A DNA stretch of 64,000 nucleotides from Mobula birostris (lineage: Eukaryota): NCBI RefSeq assembly GCF_030028105.1, contig NC_092375.1, forward strand, positions 91,733,450 through 91,797,449, in the 5' to 3' direction. Below are positions 25,945 to 39,877 of this stretch, in pieces. Below the pieces are notes generated by a model that saw only the letters and a program-made list of their open reading frames with translations, did no database searches and was not told where the DNA came from. A program made the position numbers and the translations under genes. How positions within the stretch are numbered: the first letter of the stretch is position 1; each line of letters starts with the position of its first letter.

Positions 25945-26700
25945 GTAAAACAGTCCAGCACAGGAACAGGACTTTTGGCCCATGATGCTGTGCCATACTA
26001 AATAAACAAATAATTACAAACCTGTCTAAATTAATGTCTCCTGCCTACACCATGTCCATATTTCTCCATTCTCTAATCATTTATGTGCCTACCTAAGAGC
26101 CTTTTAAACATCTCTATCATGTTTACCTCCGTCACCACGCCTGGCAGTGCATTTCAGGCAACCATCACTCTCTGCATAAAAAATAATTTGCCCTGCGCCT
26201 CTCCTTTGATCTTACAGCCTCACACCTTAAATGCATGCTCTTTTGTATTGAATGTTTTGATCTTAGAAGAAAGTTATCAGCTATTATCTATGCCTCTCAT
26301 AATCTTATAAATTTCTATCAGGTCTCCCCCTCAGCCTCCACCACTCCACAGAAAATAGTCAAGTTTGTCCAGCCTCTGCTCCTAGCTCATCTCCTCAATC
26401 CATGCAGTATCTTGGTAAATCTCTTCTGCACCCTCTCCAAAGCCTCCACATGTATAACATGGTGACCAAATGAATGCAATACTCCAGATATGGCCTAACT
26501 AATGTTTTATTATGTTGCAATATAATTTCCTCACTCCTGAACTAATTTCCATGACTAATTAAGGCAAACATGACATGTGCCGCCTTTAACATCCTATCGA
26601 CCTGTGCAGCCACTTTGAGGAAGCTATGGACTTAAACTCCAAGATCAATACTGTTAAGGGTCTTGCCATAAACACTGTATTGTGCCTTTACATTTGATTT
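25945..26700 (-). mobile_element. CR1 3' fragment, degenerate
   Basis: Similar to the other CR1 3' ends in the window. Confidence 0.7.
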
Positions 26701-27897
26701 CCTTAATGTTGGATTAATGTTAATATGTTAATTTGTTGTACTAACTAGGATAGGTGAGAAAATATCTATTATGTGGGTGAAAGAAGAATTAACTAGATTT
26801 GTTAGAAATATATCCCAGGTCTACCAGCACAGGACAGAGTTGGTGGTAACAATTCCACCTTGAAATATAGAAGGTAAAGTTATTTATGAACTTTAAGAGG
26901 TGTATCATTGGTAAATTGTCTCAGAGTTGTATATTCAATCCAAACATAAGATAAGCAATGAGGTGTTTTTAGAGTGCTAGTTTGCTGGATGAGGAGGAAT
27001 TCAGAATTAGTAGTATATTTGTACTGTACCGTTGGACAGTAATTGGGAAAGTTATAATGAGGGGACTGGATTGTGTGTCAGTCAAATGTTTGTTGTAATA
27101 TTTTGGCCCATGCAAGTACGACTGTAGAGAACAGGGAATTAAAAAAAAACAAGAGGACAGAGTAGACCGTCTGAGAGAAAGAGGGAATGAGAGAGAAAAA
27201 CAGAGAAAAAGATGCTCTGGGAAGTCAGGCTCACCACCCTGTGTAATTTAAGAAGATAGTTCAGTCAAATTGAGTTATATATCAAATTGTCAGATAGTCA
27301 GAGGGACAGCTACTGAAAGATGCTATATTTGCCATATACCAGGAAATTTCACTCAATGCATTGTCATTTTACTTTTCAATGAATCATTTAATATTAATCA
27401 GTCCTTTGGATAACCTGTGACCTCTTAAAACAAAGTAGACTTTCTGGACTTATTGCTAGGAATTGGATTTTTAGATATAAGGTAACAAAGAGCTTTAATT
27501 TTGGGACCATATAAAATGGGTCACCTGTGTGGGGTTATTGTGATAAAATGCCTCAGGAGAGAGTGTGTTTTTGATTTTGAAAATATAAAATACAGTAGCT
27601 AGTGATGAAATATGAAATTTAAACAAAAACGCTGAAAATATTCAACAGATCAGGTCGCCTCTGTAGAGATGAACAGTTGATTCCTGTTAATTGGGACATA
27701 TCGGGACCAGTACATTTTGGCCGAATTAACTGGCTGCCCCAATTAGCTGAAGTTTCATGGAAATAATTTAAAAGGTATAATAAAACACCAGCTGCCTTTT
27801 AACTGTGACAAATTATGTATTTAAATATAATTATGAACAAATTAGAACATTACCAATACTAGTACAGTACTATAAAACTGTGCATTGGTTCCTAATA

Positions 27898-28865
27898 CAG
27901 GTTCCCCCGCAATCACCTCTGATCTGGGCCGACATTTACGTGCCGGGCGGCACCTAATTAATTAGCTTGTTTATTTCGGCTTTTTTCTTAAAGATGTGCT
28001 GTGTTCCTCCCGGCTCCTGCTGCATTCTCCGCGAATTGGTATCTGTCCGCGGCCTGGGGGTTGGGGTGGTGGGACACTGGGGTGTCACCTCATCATCATC
28101 TGTTTCCATTAGGGCAGGCAGGTCATCTTCTCCTATGACTGCCCACCTCGATGTCGAAGGTCGAGGTTCATCGTCTGCTGTGGCTGATGTGGAAGGCTTG
28201 CTTGACTGCTTAGCCTCGCGCATTTTTCTATCATATAGTTCTTTGTAAGCACTCAAACCATCCTGCAAATACTGTATGCCCTAAACTGACGTACCCTTTC
28301 AAAATTATAGTCGTACTTTATCATTGCAGTGAAAATCTCACGCAGTTGCCTCACGTTCAGTTCCTGGACGACGTCACTTTCGCTACTGAATTCGGTTTTG
28401 ATTGTTATCTTTTCCTCTTCCAATTGCATCAGCTCTTCATCTATCAGTTCTTTGTTATGGGATGCCAAAACCTCTTCAACATCATGTTCGTCAACTTCCA
28501 CAAGCCAACTCACTTTGTCCTTACTTCGTTCAGCAGGATCGAAGCGCTTAATTATGTCTAGTTTTACGCTAAGTGTAACACCCTTACGAGCTCTTTCAGG
28601 CTTTTCCGATACCTTTGAACTCATCTTGCTAATGGCTGCTCACAGGCACGTGTTTAAGCAATGCCGGCGAGAATGCAGTTCCGAGTTCGGGGGAGAGCAG
28701 CTGCTCAGGGCACGCGCTGCCTTTTATCGCGCGCTATTTTTTCATGCGCTGCCTTTCTTTGTAACAGTGAAAGCACCTTCTGTTAGCAAAAACAGGTAAC
28801 TAATGTAGGTCTTTCGTAACAGTGAGGTTTCGTAAAGCGAACGTTCGAAAAGCCGGGGGCACCTG
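27898..28865 (-). mobile_element. Tigger/pogo deletion derivative (inner)
   Basis: TIRs CAGGTTCCCCCG / CGGGGGCACCTG with TA TSD. The ORF MSSKVSEKPERARKGVTLSVKLDIIKRFD (CENP-B-type HTH start) is fused to the transposase C-terminus; the DDE domain is missing. Confidence 0.85.
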
Positions 28866-28887
28866 TAGTTACTGACAGAGGAATTCC

Positions 28888-29238
28888 CATGGTGCAAGAC
28901 ATATACAAAGACAGGTGTGTAAAAAGGGCCCGAAGGATCATTGGGGACCTGGATCACCCCAACCACAATCTATTCCAGCTGCTACCATCTGGAAAATGGT
29001 ACTGCAGCATAAAAGCCAGGATTAACAGGCTTCAGGATAGCTTCTTCCACCAGGTCATCAGACTGATTAATTCACGCTGATTTGAGTGTATTTCTATGTT
29101 ATATTGACTGTTCTATTTATTATAAATTAGTATAAATTACTATGATTGCACATTGCACATGTAGACAGAGACATAACGTAAAGATTTTTACTCATGTATG
29201 TGAAGGATGTAAGAAATAAAGTCAATTCAATTCAATTC
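28888..29238 (+). mobile_element. Rex1/Babar-type LINE 3' end with (ATTCA)n tail
   Basis: RARRIIGDLDHPNHNLFQLLPSGK..SFF C-terminus, then AATAAAgtcaattcaattcaattca. Confidence 0.85.
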
Positions 29239-29949
29239 ATTCAGTGTTTGTTGCCATGTTCTTTTGATTGATTGTAAATGCTCAAAATCAGCAAAGACAC
29301 CTTGTGGAGATAATGGACTGCCTTCATACAATTTTCGATGATTACATCCTCTAAATATTCTCTTGCGTTGTAACGTTCAAGATGATTGTTGATACCTTCA
29401 AATTCTTGGTAGTTCCTGATTCGTTGGGAGTAGTGAAATTGTTTCATTTTCACTGCTGGCTTTTTCTGGCACCTCCAAGCCTGAATGCTTGAAACCATAG
29501 TGAGCAGAACAGTTCTGAATTGTGTTGCTGCTTATTTCTTACCAACTATCAGTGATAAAAGTCGCTGCTTTTTGAATACAAGCACACACAACTAATGCTA
29601 CTTAAAAACTGTTAGCTCTAAGCGTAGTATAGTGTCTCACAGCACACATCTGACGCTAGTTGGAAACTGTTCAGCAACAGTCTCCTGCCCCAATTAAGCG
29701 GGTGTACCAAATAAACAAAAATAAACTATTTAATCGATTCGTTTTTGTTCTTTAAGAGCTGCTCCAAATAAGTGGCTGCCCCAATTAACCAACGGCCCAG
29801 TTAATCAGAATCCACTGTATTTCTGAAGACCCTCTGTCATAACAAGAAAGAGAGAATTTTAAAAAATTCAGCAGATTGGGAATGAATAGAGAAGACAAAG
29901 GGAATATATTTGATAAGATAAGTTCAGGGTTATTTACTATTAATCTTTA

Positions 29950-30215
29950 TTTAGAGATACAGCATAAAGTAAGTCCTTCTGGCTCTTCAAGCTGCGCAGT
30001 CAGCAGCTCACTGATTTAACTTTAGCCCAATTATGGGACAAAGACCAATTCACCTACTGACTAGTATGTCTTTGAACTGTGGGAGGGAGCCGGGGTGCTC
30101 GGAGGAAAGTCATGTTCCACAGGAAGGACATACAAACTCCTTTTAGAGGTTGTTGGGATTGAACTTCAAACTCTTGACACCCAGAGCTGTAATAAGCATT
30201 GCACTACCTGCCACA
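29950..30215 (-). mobile_element. V-SINE-like element
   Basis: Reverse complement of the V-domain (aaggagtttgtatgt...ttcctcc...ctcccacagttc). Confidence 0.6.
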
Positions 30216-31899
30216 CTGGTTGCTATGGGGATAAGTTGTCATTTAGTTAGTGAACATGAGGTGAGTTATGAACCTGGCAGTGGTAGAGGCTGTGAACAGA
30301 CATGTTGCTGTAGGAATGGGAAGTGGAACTAAAATGGCTGGCCACTAGGAGATCCTAGCTGTCACAGCAGTGAAGGTGTTCAGTAAAGTGATCACCTGAT
30401 CTCGATCTGGTGTAGAGGAGGCCACAATGGGATTCAGTATTGATTCTGGAAGGTTGCAGAAGGTGAGATGCCATTCTTCAACTTTATGGCCAGCCTCATT
30501 ATGAAAGTGCAGCAGACCACATGTAGATGGGCCAGAGTGGGTTGAATGGAAAATTAAAATTTCCAGGCAACAGCTAGCTCAGGGTTGTTCTGGCTTTATG
30601 TGGAAGGACTGCTTGGATCCCTGGATGGTGAGAAGGAAAGAGACAAAAGACATGATAGGATTATTGAAACAGTGAGTGGTTCACTGCATTTCCTCCAATC
30701 TGCTGCTCTCTATCTGGTGTTGACAATGTGGTTCTTTTCAGCTTTGGAGATTAGGTTATTTTTTGGTGAACAACCTGTGTTTGGTCCAGAGGGGTAAACG
30801 AGTTTTATATGGAAAAAGGAGACTTTAAAGAGGAATTTGAACAAACTATCTGGATAAAAATTTTAATCTGCAACTCTGGTGTCAGCATGGTCAATTTACA
30901 CTTCAGCTGTTCATCGTTTGGCAGACAACAGGAAGTCAGTGGTGTGAACCATAAGGCTACAGACTTGCATTAGTGAACCTTTGAAAATGCATCAGTGGAT
31001 TACCTCATTCTCCACAATTATTTTTCTGCACACTTCTTTGTATTTCAGAGTCATTCAGAAGTCCTTCTTACCATAAACTAAAGTCTGTTTCCATGACAAT
31101 TATTTTTAAACTCAAAACCTAGCACAAGGCAATAGTGAGTTCAGTTGAAATGTGGACCGGAGATACTAACGATCCTATTCATTGAGGTGGGTGGAATTTT
31201 ACACTGCATCTTTCACAATAAGTTGGTCAAAAAGAGCAACTGCCTTGTTCTTTACTGACTTCTTTTTTATAATTTGCCTTTTTTACAGTTTAATGGAAAT
31301 GTTTGATGGATTGTGGAGACCTGAACTTCCTTCCTAACTATTTCACATGTTGGGCACACAGTTTCATCTAAGCTGCATCGGTGCTCAGCCATGCAGAAAC
31401 TGAAATGTTCCCGAGCTGTGTGGCCTTTGTAGCCACACAGCTAGAACTTTCCTTTATGTTATGTTTTATTAAAGTGCTGCGCGGTTTTTAGGCAATGTAA
31501 AATTTTCCTGCTCAGAGCAAAGGGTGGTCTGTGCAGCTGTACAAGAAATTGGTTGGGCAGTTTACAATATTGAATATCATGAACTTTCCTGGAATTTTCT
31601 GTGACCACTCTTGGCATAGAAACAGTATGACTGTTATAATATATAGACTGGGAAGGTGGAACAGGTTTGAGAAAAAACACATTCAGTGAAAATGTTGAAA
31701 AAATGTTAGGAAGTTTGACAGCTCTTTGAGAATTAGCATATGTGATGTGTACTGAATTATCTCCTTTTAGTTTTGTTTTTATTTTATGTAATGCTTGAAA
31801 CACTAGCTTTTATTTCCCATTCCTAATTTCCCTGGAGGAGGTAGTGCTGTGGTACCTTCTTAAACTGGCAGGAATTCCACAGTCTTGAAGTGGCACAAA

Positions 31900-32120
31900 G
31901 TTGTAAGCAATTTGCGTAATGCTGTTACTGTGCCAACAAACCAAGTCCACCATTATCTGTAAGGAGTTTGTACATTCTTCCTACAACCATGTGAGTCTCC
32001 TCTGGGTGCTTCAGTTTCCTCCCACATTCCAAAGATTTATGGTTTTTTATTGGTCACATGAGTGTAATTAGACGGCGTGAGTTCATTGGCCAGAGGGGCC
32101 TGTTACCAAGCTGTATGTCC
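31900..32120 (+). mobile_element. V-SINE-like element
   Basis: V-domain tctgtaaggagtttgtacattct...ctctgggtgcttcagtttcctcccaca followed by a CR1-like tail. Confidence 0.7.
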
Positions 32121-32839
32121 AAAATTAAAAATATGTTAAAAACAAAATTTAAAAAAATTACACAGTGGACAATGAAGATTTAGCCACATAATTCAATATC
32201 AGGAAGGGGAATTTGTAGACTGTAATGGTCCCATACACCTACTGCCTCTCGTCCTTCAGGGTGATTGAAATCCTCTCAAAGAAGGCACACTGCACAATAT
32301 ATCAAAGAAGGTGACAAGTACACCTATGTAACTTACTGACTAGTTATAACCAGAAGCAATAACTAAATTCTCATTCCACAAATGATACTAGGCGAATTTT
32401 ATCAGCATCTTTTTTTTGTAATTAAATGACCTGTTAGTTTACAGTCAGGACTCATGTATTCAGTATTGAATTTGCTAACTACTGAAACTGAAATATTCAG
32501 AATAAATCTTTTTGCCTGTTTTAATCTCCAATAAGAATTGCTTTGTTTTTCTCATTAGTACTATATAACCAGGGTGGAAACAGTAGGTTAGTGTGAAATG
32601 TGAAAGGTGTAGATGTATGTCAACAAAACATAGATGTTTACTGAAACATACTGTCCTTTCCCTCGGTTTCATTTTTGGGTGTTGTATTGTTGTTTGAGAG
32701 GTGATTATCAGGTGCAAGGAGATATTTATCACTAGGTAGTGCTATCAGTTGAGTTGAATATTTGAACATGATGTCCATTGGTGGGTCCTCAAGCTGGCTG
32801 CAGAGGCTGATCTGGGATCCACATATTCTGGTGCAGTGT

Positions 32840-33600
32840 CAGCAAGAAAAAGTTGTGTTTGTGGTTAGTAATTGGGACTTGTGATGTTCAGTCTCTCCTT
32901 TCGCGGCCTCTGCTCTGCTTGTTCTCTGCAGCACAGATCCCTCATGAACAGATTTCCACCAGGTGTTTCCATTGAGTGCAATGTCTTCCCAATTTTTAGG
33001 TGTAATGTAGAATTTCTGCAAGCTGTTTTTGATGTTATTTTTGTAACGTTTGCTTTGCCCACCAGGGACTTGCTGACTTAGCTTCACTTGAGAGTGAAGG
33101 ATCCAGTTGTGGTGATGTGAGTTAGCTATCCAGATGACCTATTCATCTGAGCTGGTATTGCTTTGTCATGGTGGAGATATTGTTCATGTTGGCCTCCTCA
33201 AGTACGCTGATGTTAGTCAGTCTGTCTGTCCTTCCAGCTGATCCTCAAAATCTTTCGTAAAGATCTTTCCAGGGCTTTCAGATACCAGCTTTAGGTGGTC
33301 CATCATTCAGTCTCATAGAATAGTGTAGGAAGGACGGCGACTCTATAGACCAACAGTTTGTTTGTGCTTCTTTTATATTCAAGACAAGACCCAGGGCCTT
33401 GTATGTCTTGGCAAAGGTGTTCAGGATACTTTGGAGGTTACCAGGTACCTTCTTTAGTTTCCTCCGGTATACATAAGAAAGAATTAAGTATATATTTGGA
33501 AGATTTTCCTCTTTTCCTTTTGACCAGTACTTACCTTGAGTCACTGAAAAACATTAAGAAATTGCTATCTTTTTGTGTGCAGAGGATCACAATTGAGTGC
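32840..33600 (-). mobile_element. RTE-clade LINE 3' fragment, degenerate
   Basis: GGQSKRYKNNIKNSLQKF.I...WEDIA.....W.KSVHEG C-terminal RTE motif. Confidence 0.7.
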
Positions 33601-34169
33601 AACTTTCACCCCACCTGAGCTCATTTTACTCAACATTCATCAATGGTTGAGGCTGAAAACTCTCTATAGTGGGTGGGTTGGTAAAAGCTTCACATAACAG
33701 CCCTTACTATTCTTCAGATGTAAAATATATTTTCATCCCGCAGTTATCCCATTTAATATTATTGGAAATCTAGATAAAGACTGCTACTCTTTGAAGCAAT
33801 AGCCCCATCTTATGGACAAAATCACATATTGATCATAGTCTGCAGGCTTTGACCTTAAAAAGCTAGAAACTATCAATATTCACTTTAAAAAGATTATTCG
33901 ATAGGGAATAGATAATTAGATGGGTACAGGGATCTCATTCCCAGCAGCAGCCAAAGTATCTTTCATGCTTGGCACATGCGAATGAAAAGCCTTAAAGGAA
34001 ATTTGCAGAATCCCTCAATAAGATTTTTTTCCCCCTCAGGTGCTGTATGAAAATAAATTTGTTTTGATTTCCAGGATGAATGACAGTGTTTCCTTTTGAG
34101 AAAGTATTGGGCAGAAAGTGCCTGTTGCTGGCCTTGTCTTTAGAAGCTGTGCCACAGAGACATAGGATT

Positions 34170-35460
34170 TAGGGAGTCACAGTGGTGCAGCTTATTAAAA
34201 TGCAACTCTGGTGAAATGGATTTAGTCCTGGTCTTGGGTTCTGTCTGAGTGTAGTTTGCCCATTTTCGCTGTGACAATGTGGGTTCTTTCTGGTTTCCTT
34301 TCACATCCCAAGGATTGCTGGAGTTGCATTTTGCTTGTTGCTGGGCTGTGCATCCCCACATCCTGTGCCCTCTGTGACAAATGAGAAATTCTTAACTTTC
34401 ATCTCAAAGATGTGTAAGTCATTGGTTGGGTTGGCCACGATAAATTTTCCCAACTATATGAGTGAGTTGGACGGGCGTGGGAGGTTGATGGGAATGTGAG
34501 GAGAAAAAAATTGGTTTGGGTAAAAGTGGGTCTTTGACAATTGGTATTGATTTGATGGGCCAAAGCTCCAGTTCCATGCTGTTTCTCAATATGTGAATCA
34601 ATGATTATGTATTATTAGTTCTGTTTAAAGAATAAATGCATTGATATGGTACCTATTGATATATCAGGATGTCCCACTTATAGCCATCTTATTATTTCTA
34701 ATCCCTATTGCAATTTAGGAAGTGGAGCAGTGAGGTTTCAGAATCAGCCTGGTGATCTTCACTTTTACTTATTGAGAGGCAAAGATAAATATCTGGAGGA
34801 ACTCAATGGGTTGCACAGCATTTGCAGAGGCAAAGTAATGGTTGACATTGATTTTGAGATACTACATCAGGTCTGAGTACAGGGGGAAGGTAGCCAAGAT
34901 TGAAAGTTGAATTTATTGTTAAATTTCAGCAAACGTATGCACAGATCCAATAAAAAAAAACTTGTGGCAACATTGCAGTCACAAAAAGTTCAAAGTCATT
35001 TTTTTCAAAATCATCTCATCAGCCTAGTGATCCATTCTTTCTACTTTTATGTTCATTCACCACCTGACAGTCCTTCCATCCTATATGAAATTCTCTACAT
35101 TTATTCTTTTTTATATATTTTCGGTTACCGAGTCATAGAGAGATGCACCATGGAAACAGGTCCACGAAGTTCACACTGATTATCAATTACTTATTTACAC
35201 CACTCCTTCATGAATCCCATGTTTTGTTCTCATCAGTTTTTTCCAAATTCTACCATTCATCTGCCCTAAGGGATACTTATAATGGTCAACTAATCTACCA
35301 ATCTGCATGGCTTTAGGATGTGGGAGGAAATCAAAACACACAGAAGAGTCCCAATGAGATCACAGAGCAAATAGACAAACTGTACACAGACAGAACTCAA
35401 GGTCAGGATTGAACCCAGTTTCTGGCTCCATGAGGCAGTTGCTATACTAACTGCATCACT
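34170..35460. mobile_element. Two V-SINE-like copies in opposite orientation (34170-34590 +, 35130-35460 -)
   Basis: tRNA-like head and V-domain (ggtttcctttcacatcccaa; tttaggatgtgggaggaaa on the reverse copy). Confidence 0.55.
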
Positions 35461-38219
35461 GTTCTTTCCAGTTCTGCCCTACCTTTTTGGGGCAAACCTC
35501 CCATTCTCCCCCATTTACTGCCCGATCCATAAATCCTCAGTTTCATCGTTTTTATAACTTTTACCGCACTCTGTTGTGATCTGTTCTATGCTAGTGGCAG
35601 TTAATTTAAAAACATTCATCCAAAATGATAATGTTTTCAACTGAAACATAATTTAATCTCTTCAATACTGATTGTTCTAAATATCGTCTTAAACCTAAAT
35701 CTTCCTGTAATCATATTTCTTGTGGGTGTGTAAAATTAAAACACATGGGAATGGGTTGAAAACACTGACAGGGTTTGAGAATTGGTGTTAGAAAACATAA
35801 AAATACAAGTGTGTGTTTTACCAGATGGCAAGCAGTAATTTGTGGGGTGCTGCAGGGATCAGTGCCTTTTGATTGAAACTGTGTATTGGGACCTGAAACA
35901 ATGACATTTCCTTTCCTTTTACTGATATTGCTTGATGTGCAAAGTTCTTCCAACAGAGTGTTTGTTGCTTCAGGTCCTGGTATCTGCTGTCTTCTGTGTC
36001 TCAAAGGTGCAATTAGACCTGGGTATCCTTGTGCAACAGTCACTGAAACCGAGCGTTCAGGTGCACCAAGCATTAGGAAGGCAGAAGGCATGTGGAAATC
36101 ATTGCAAGAAGTTTTAGGTTAGGATGTTGCTGTGGTTGTACCAGGCCTTAGTGAGATTCTATCTGCAGTTCTGTACATTGCTTAGGTTTCCTAAACAAAG
36201 GAACTGTGCCATTATTATGTAAGGAGTATAACAGGTTGCTTTCTGGGTCTGATGTATGAGCAGAAAGTGAGTCAATTTGGTCTATATTCTGGAATATTGA
36301 AGAGTGAAATGGAAACTCACAGAAATTTATAGAATTCTAGTAGAACTTGACAAACTAGATACAAGGGAGATATTCCTGATGAATCAAGAGTCTTAAGCCA
36401 GGGTCTCCGCCTTAGGAACCGGAAAGCCACATCTAGGTATGAGCTCAGGTGAAGCTTTTTCAATCAGAGGGAGGTAAACTGTGGCATTCCCTATCACAGA
36501 AAGCAGCGGAGACCAAGGGGATCAAGGATAAGGCTGGAACAGGGTAGCCAAGTGGATGATCAGCCTGATTGTGTTGAATTATGGAGTAACCTCTGTGGGT
36601 TGTATGGGCTATTCACTGCCATTTTCTACATTTCTGTGTTACAGACCTCAGGATTTCGGAATCAGGTTTATTATCGCTGGCATGTGACGTGAAATTTATT
36701 AACTTAGCAGCAGCAGTTCAATGCAATACATAATCCAGCAGAGAAAAGGAAAAAAAAATAAACAAGTAAATCAATTACGTGTATTGAATAGATTTAAAAA
36801 AACGCACAAAAAAGAGAAATACTGTATATTAAAAAAAATGAGGTAGTGTCCAAAGATTCAATGTCCATTTAGCAATCAGATGGCAGAAGGGAAGAAGCTG
36901 TTCCTGAATCGCTGAGTGTGTATCTTCAAGCTTCTGTACCTCCCACCTGATGGTAACAGTGAGAAAAAGGCATGCCCTGGGTGCTAGAGGTCCTTAATAA
37001 TGGACGCTGCCTTTCTGAGACACCACTCCCTAAAGATGTCCTGGGTACTTTGTAGGCTAGTACCCAAGATGGAGCTGACTAGATTTACAACCTTCTGCAG
37101 CTTCTTTCGGTCTTGTGCAGTAGCCCCTCCATACCAGACATTGATGCAGGCTGTCAGAATACTCTCCACAGTAAAACTGTAGAAGTTTTTGAGTGTATTT
37201 GTTGACATGACAAATTTCTTCAAACTCCTAATAAAGTATAGCCGCTGTCTTGCCTTCTTTATGACTACATGGATGTGTTCGGACCAGGTTAGATCCTCAG
37301 AGATCTTGACATGCCAGAATTTAAAGCTGCTTACTCTTTCCACTTCTGATCCCTCAGTGAGGATTGGTATGTTTTCCTTCATCTTACCCTTCCTGAAATC
37401 CACAATCAGCTCTTCCATCTTACTGACGTTGAGTGCCAGGTTGTTGCTGCGGCACCATTCCATTTGTTGGCATATCTCACTCCTGTACACCCTCTTATCA
37501 CCACCTGAGATTCTACCAACAATGGTTGTATCGTCAGCAAATTTATAGATGGTATTTGAGTTATGCCTAGCCACACAGTCATGTGAACAGTGGGTAAGCA
37601 CACACCCCTCAGGTGTACCAGTGTTGATTGTCAGCGAGGAGGATATGTTATCATTAATCCGCATGGATTGTGGGCTTCCGGTTAGGAAGTTGAGGATCCA
37701 ATTGCGAGGGAGGTACAGAGGCCCAGGTTCTACAACTTCTCAATCAGGATTGTGGGAATGATGGTATTAAATGCTGAGCTTTAGTCGATGAATAGCATCC
37801 TGACGTAGGTGTTTGTGTTGTCCAGGTGGTCTGAAGCCATGTGGAGAGCCATTGAGATTGCGTCTGCCGTTGGCCTATTGTGGCAATAGGCAATTTTCAA
37901 TGGGTCCAGGTCCTTGCTGAGGCAGGAGTTCTGTCTGGTCATGACCAACTTCTCAAAGCATTTCATCACTGTCGATGTGAGTGCTACTGGGTGATAGTCA
38001 TTAAGGCAGCCCACATTATTCTTCTTAGGCACTGGAATAATCGTTGCCTTTTTGAAGCAAGTGGGAACTTTCGCCCATAGCAGTGAGAGGTTGAAAATGT
38101 CCTTGAGTACTCCCACTAGTTGGTTGGCACAGGTTTTTAGAGCCTTACCAGGTACTCCATTGGGACCTTCTGTCTTGCAAGGGTTCACTCTCTTTAAAGA
38201 CAGCCTAACATCGGCCCTG

Positions 38220-38524
38220 GTATGGCGCGTGGCCAAGTGGTTGGGCTCATGATCTGAAGGTCGTGGGTTCGAGTCTCGGCCAAGGCAGCGTGTTGCGTCT
38301 TTGAGCAAGGCACTTAACCACACACTGCTCCAGTCCACCCAGCTGAAAATGGGTACCAGCAAATGCTGGGGGTTAACCTTGCGATAGACTGGCATCCTAT
38401 CCGGGGGGGGGGGGGGGGGGTGCGGGGGAGGGGAGACTCGTACTCTCAGTCGTTTCATGCCACAGAAACCGGCATAAGCACTGGCCTGATGGGCCACAAA
38501 GCTCGGGACAGACTTCTTAAAAAA
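38220..38524 (+). mobile_element. tRNA-derived SINE with CORE-like domain
   Basis: A box TGGCCAAGTGG, B box GGTTCGAGTC, CORE-like ttgagcaaggcacttaac...ctgaaaatggg and an A tail. 13-bp TSD aacat(c/t)ggccctg at 38207-38219 and 38525-38537. Confidence 0.88.
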
Positions 38525-39877
38525 AACATTGGCCCTGAGATGGAGATCATAGGGTCATCAGGTGCAGCAGGGATCTTCACAGCTGTAGTTGTGTTCTGCT
38601 TTTCAAAGTGTGCATGGAAGGCATTGAGTTCATCTGGTAGTGAAGCATTGCTGCCATTCATGTTATTGGGTTTCACTTTGTAGGAAGTAATGTTTTGCAG
38701 ACCCTGCCAGAGTTGCCGTGCATCCGATGTTGTGTCCAACCTCGTTCGAAATTGTCCCTTTGCCCTTAAAATAGCCCTCCGCAAATCATACCTGGTTTCC
38801 TGGTACAGGCCTGGGTCACCAGACTTGAATGCCACAGACCTAGCCTTCAACAGGCGACGTACCTCCTGGTTCATCCACGGCTTTTCGTTTCGGAATGTAC
38901 AGTAAGTCTTTGTGAGCACACAGGTTTTAATGGTGTCGATAACAACTACAGCATACTCATCCAGGTTCGAAGGTGAGTCCCTGAATACAGTCCAGTCCAC
39001 CAATTCAAAGCAGTCTTCTAGGAGCTCCTGTGCTTCCCTTGTCCATACCTTCTTGGTCATCACTGCTGGTGCTGCAGTCCTCAGTCTCTGCCTACACTCA
39101 GGGAGTAGAAATACAGCTAGGTGATCAGACTTCCCAAAGTGAGGGTGTGGAATAGCACGGTAGGCATTCTTAATGGTGGTGTAGCAATGGTTCAGAGTGT
39201 TGTTTCCTCTGGTATTACAAGTGATCTGTTGATGGTAGTTGCTTAGTGATTTTTTTCAGACTGGCCTGGTTCAAATCTCCCAAAACGATGGTGCGCTGTT
39301 TCGTACATGTTGATCCCATTGCTCAGATCATCTAAAGCCCGCTTGACATTGGCCTGAAGTGGAATGTAAACTGCTACCAAAATGACCCCAGAGAACTCCT
39401 GTGGTAGGTGAAAAGGACAGCACTTTTACTACTAGATATTCCAGGTCTGGTGAGCAGATTTGGAACAGCACTGATATATTTGTGCACCAAGAAGAGTTGA
39501 CCATGAGGCATACTCCTCCACCTCTGCTTTTGAGAGACTCTATAGATCTATCCTGATCTATCCCATAGATCTGGATTGCTGCATCTGGTTTGGAAGGGGT
39601 TTAACCAGGATTCCATGAAACAAAGGACACATGCGATCCTAATGTCCCTCTGATTCAAAAACCTAGCTCTGAGATCATGGATTTTATTCACCAGAGACTG
39701 CACGTTCGCCAGGAAGATAGTTGGTATAGGGAGTTTAAAACCCTGTTTCCTTAAACGCACTTGTAACCTCACTCTACACCCGTACTTCCTCCAAGGTGTC
39801 CTATGTGGCCGCTTCCAATCACAAGCGGTATTTCCGTCGGTTTTAAGCAGCGATAGTTCGTTTAAACACATTTTGTG

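Larger units (their letters stand above)
27674..29817. mobile_element. Tigger/pogo-type non-autonomous DNA transposon (outer, host to two insertions)
   Basis: TIRs CAGTTGATTCCTGTTAATTGGG / CCCAGTTAATCAGAATCCACTG, followed by TA; subterminal gctgccccaatta repeats. Confidence 0.75.

Noticed and set aside
38220-38295. tRNA gene
   Set aside because: It is a SINE head: the cloverleaf is incomplete, and it is followed by a SINE body and bounded by a TSD.
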